Below, one piece after another: positions 13,830 through 15,155 of a stretch of DNA of 15,155 nucleotides. This DNA is from Bdellovibrionota bacterium (GTDB lineage Bacteria > Bdellovibrionota_C > UBA2361 > OMIW01). The notes beneath the pieces were generated by a model. That model worked only from the letters and a program-made list of their open reading frames with translations. It was not told the DNA's origin and searched no databases. Made by a program: the position numbers and the translations under genes. The DNA lies in assembly GCA_044345055.1 (NCBI GenBank), contig JBIJBT010000068.1, positions 1 to 15,155 on the forward strand, read 5' to 3'. How positions within the stretch are numbered: the first letter of the stretch is position 1; each line of letters opens with the position of its first letter.

Positions 13830-15125
13830 ATGATTTCGCGATACACACTTCCTGAGATGGCAGCAATCTGGTCCGATGAGCATCGGTACGATACCTGGTT
13901 AGCCGTTGAGCTTCTTGCGCTTGAAGGAATGGAGCATGAGGGAGTAGTTCCTGCGGGGGTAACTGCAGCGGTTCGCGCGCGGGCGATTGCAAATCCTGCC
14001 CGAGCTGATGAGCTCGAGAAAGAGCTTAAACACGATGTAATCGCATTCCTAACGAGTGTCGCTGAGGTTGTTGGCCCAGAGGCTCGTTTTTTGCACCGGG
14101 GTATGACATCAAGCGATCTGATCGATACGGCATTCGCGGTGCAGCTCGGCGAGGCGGGCGATCTGATTCTCAAAAGTTGCGCTGTTGTCCTTGAAGCTTT
14201 GCGAAATCTCGCAGATAAGCACCGTTTCACAATCTGTATCGGGCGAAGCCACGGGATTCATGCTGAGCCAACGACCTTTGGGTTGAAGGTGCTCTCTTGG
14301 TATGCGGAATTACAGCGTTGGTCTGACTCGTTCGTTGCAGCACTTAAAGAGATTCGTACCGGAAAGATCGCGGGAGCGGTCGGAACATATCATTCTGTCT
14401 CTCCTGAAATTGAACACTATGTGCTCTCTCGGCTCGGACTACAGCCCGAGGCTGTTCCTTCTCAGATAGTGCATCGAGATCGGCACGCTCGATTTTTTAA
14501 TTCTTTGTCGTTACTTGGAGCAAGTGTTGAGCGGATTGCTGTTGAGCTTCGGCACCTGCAACGTACCGAGGTGCGAGAGGTGGAGGAGGGGTTCTCTAAG
14601 GGCCAGAAAGGCTCCTCGGCTATGCCTCACAAGCGGAATCCAATTTCAGCCGAAAATCTTACCGGCTTAGCTCGCCTTCTGCGTGGATATGCTTTGTCAA
14701 CGATTGAAAACGTTGCGCTCTGGCACGAGCGTGACATTAGCCATAGCTCAGTTGAACGGGTTGTTGCACCGGATGCGTGCATTGTTGCTCACTACATGTT
14801 GAACCGATTAGGTGGGCTTATATCGGGCCTTATTGTTTTTCCGGAGCGAATGCAGCAAAACCTTGAGCTTTTGCGTGGTACAATTTTTTCAGGCTCAGTT
14901 CTTATTGCGCTCGCTGATGCAGGAATGTCTCGTGAAGATGCCTACCGTCTCGTTCAGCAACACGCTCATGCTGCGCTAACCGAGGGAGGGGCCACCTTTC
15001 ACGAGCGGCTTATCAGCGATGGTGAAGCACTTACCTGTCTCGGTCGCGAAGGAATCGACGCGCTCTTTGACCTGAAGCGTCACAGCCGCCATGTTGATAC
15101 TATTTTTGAGCGGGTGTTGGGTTAG
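13830..15125 (+). CDS. purB: Adenylosuccinate lyase
   Basis: MISRY, HDVIAF, HRGMTSSD, GRSHGIHAEPTTFG, fumarate-lyase signature GSSAMPHKRNPI, LWHERDISHSSVER, SREDAYRLVQ. AGAGGT RBS. Confidence 0.98.
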   Translation: MISRYTLPEMAAIWSDEHRYDTWLAVELLALEGMEHEGVVPAGVTAAVRARAIANPARADELEKELKHDVIAFLTSVAEVVGPEARFLHRGMTSSDLIDTAFAVQLGEAGDLILKSCAVVLEALRNLADKHRFTICIGRSHGIHAEPTTFGLKVLSWYAELQRWSDSFVAALKEIRTGKIAGAVGTYHSVSPEIEHYVLSRLGLQPEAVPSQIVHRDRHARFFNSLSLLGASVERIAVELRHLQRTEVREVEEGFSKGQKGSSAMPHKRNPISAENLTGLARLLRGYALSTIENVALWHERDISHSSVERVVAPDACIVAHYMLNRLGGLISGLIVFPERMQQNLELLRGTIFSGSVLIALADAGMSREDAYRLVQQHAHAALTEGGATFHERLISDGEALTCLGREGIDALFDLKRHSRHVDTIFERVLG

Positions 15126-15130
15126 GAGAG

Positions 15131-15155
15131 GTGAGTAGATTTCACCAAGTTTGGT
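15131..15155 (+). CDS. Possible start of a downstream gene (partial, MSRFHQVW...)
   Basis: AGGAG overlaps the purB stop and is followed by a GTG open to the window edge. SD spacing is very short and only 8 codons are visible. Confidence 0.2.

Noticed and set aside
1..15155. CRISPR arrays, tRNA/rRNA, IS elements, prophage genes
   Set aside because: No spaced direct repeats, cloverleaf, transposase, integrase or phage-like ORF seen.

Overview
Bacterial chromosomal window of mostly housekeeping genes. On the + strand are secD (5'-truncated by the window) and secF, then a probable nitrogen-uptake pair: a BBP2-like outer-membrane beta-barrel and an ammonium transporter amtB, with no glnK, closed by a strong terminator. 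An orphan 868-aa soluble protein follows, built from two ~341-aa Cache-like repeats plus a C-terminal CheW domain and preceded by a sigma28-like promoter. A minus-strand block carries an unknown polytopic membrane protein, a signal-peptide-less TolB/PD40 beta-propeller and dihydroorotase pyrC. A divergent + strand block carries ubiE/menG, a YycJ/WalJ-like MBL hydrolase and purB. No rRNA, tRNA, CRISPR array or mobile element was recognised. The strongest novelty candidate is the soluble (pseudo-receptor tip + Cache)x2 + CheW protein. Next are the porin-Amt module with paired palindromic operator candidates and a possible catalytically degenerate MenA/UbiA-fold protein opposite ubiE/menG. All family assignments come from motif recognition by eye, without database searches.
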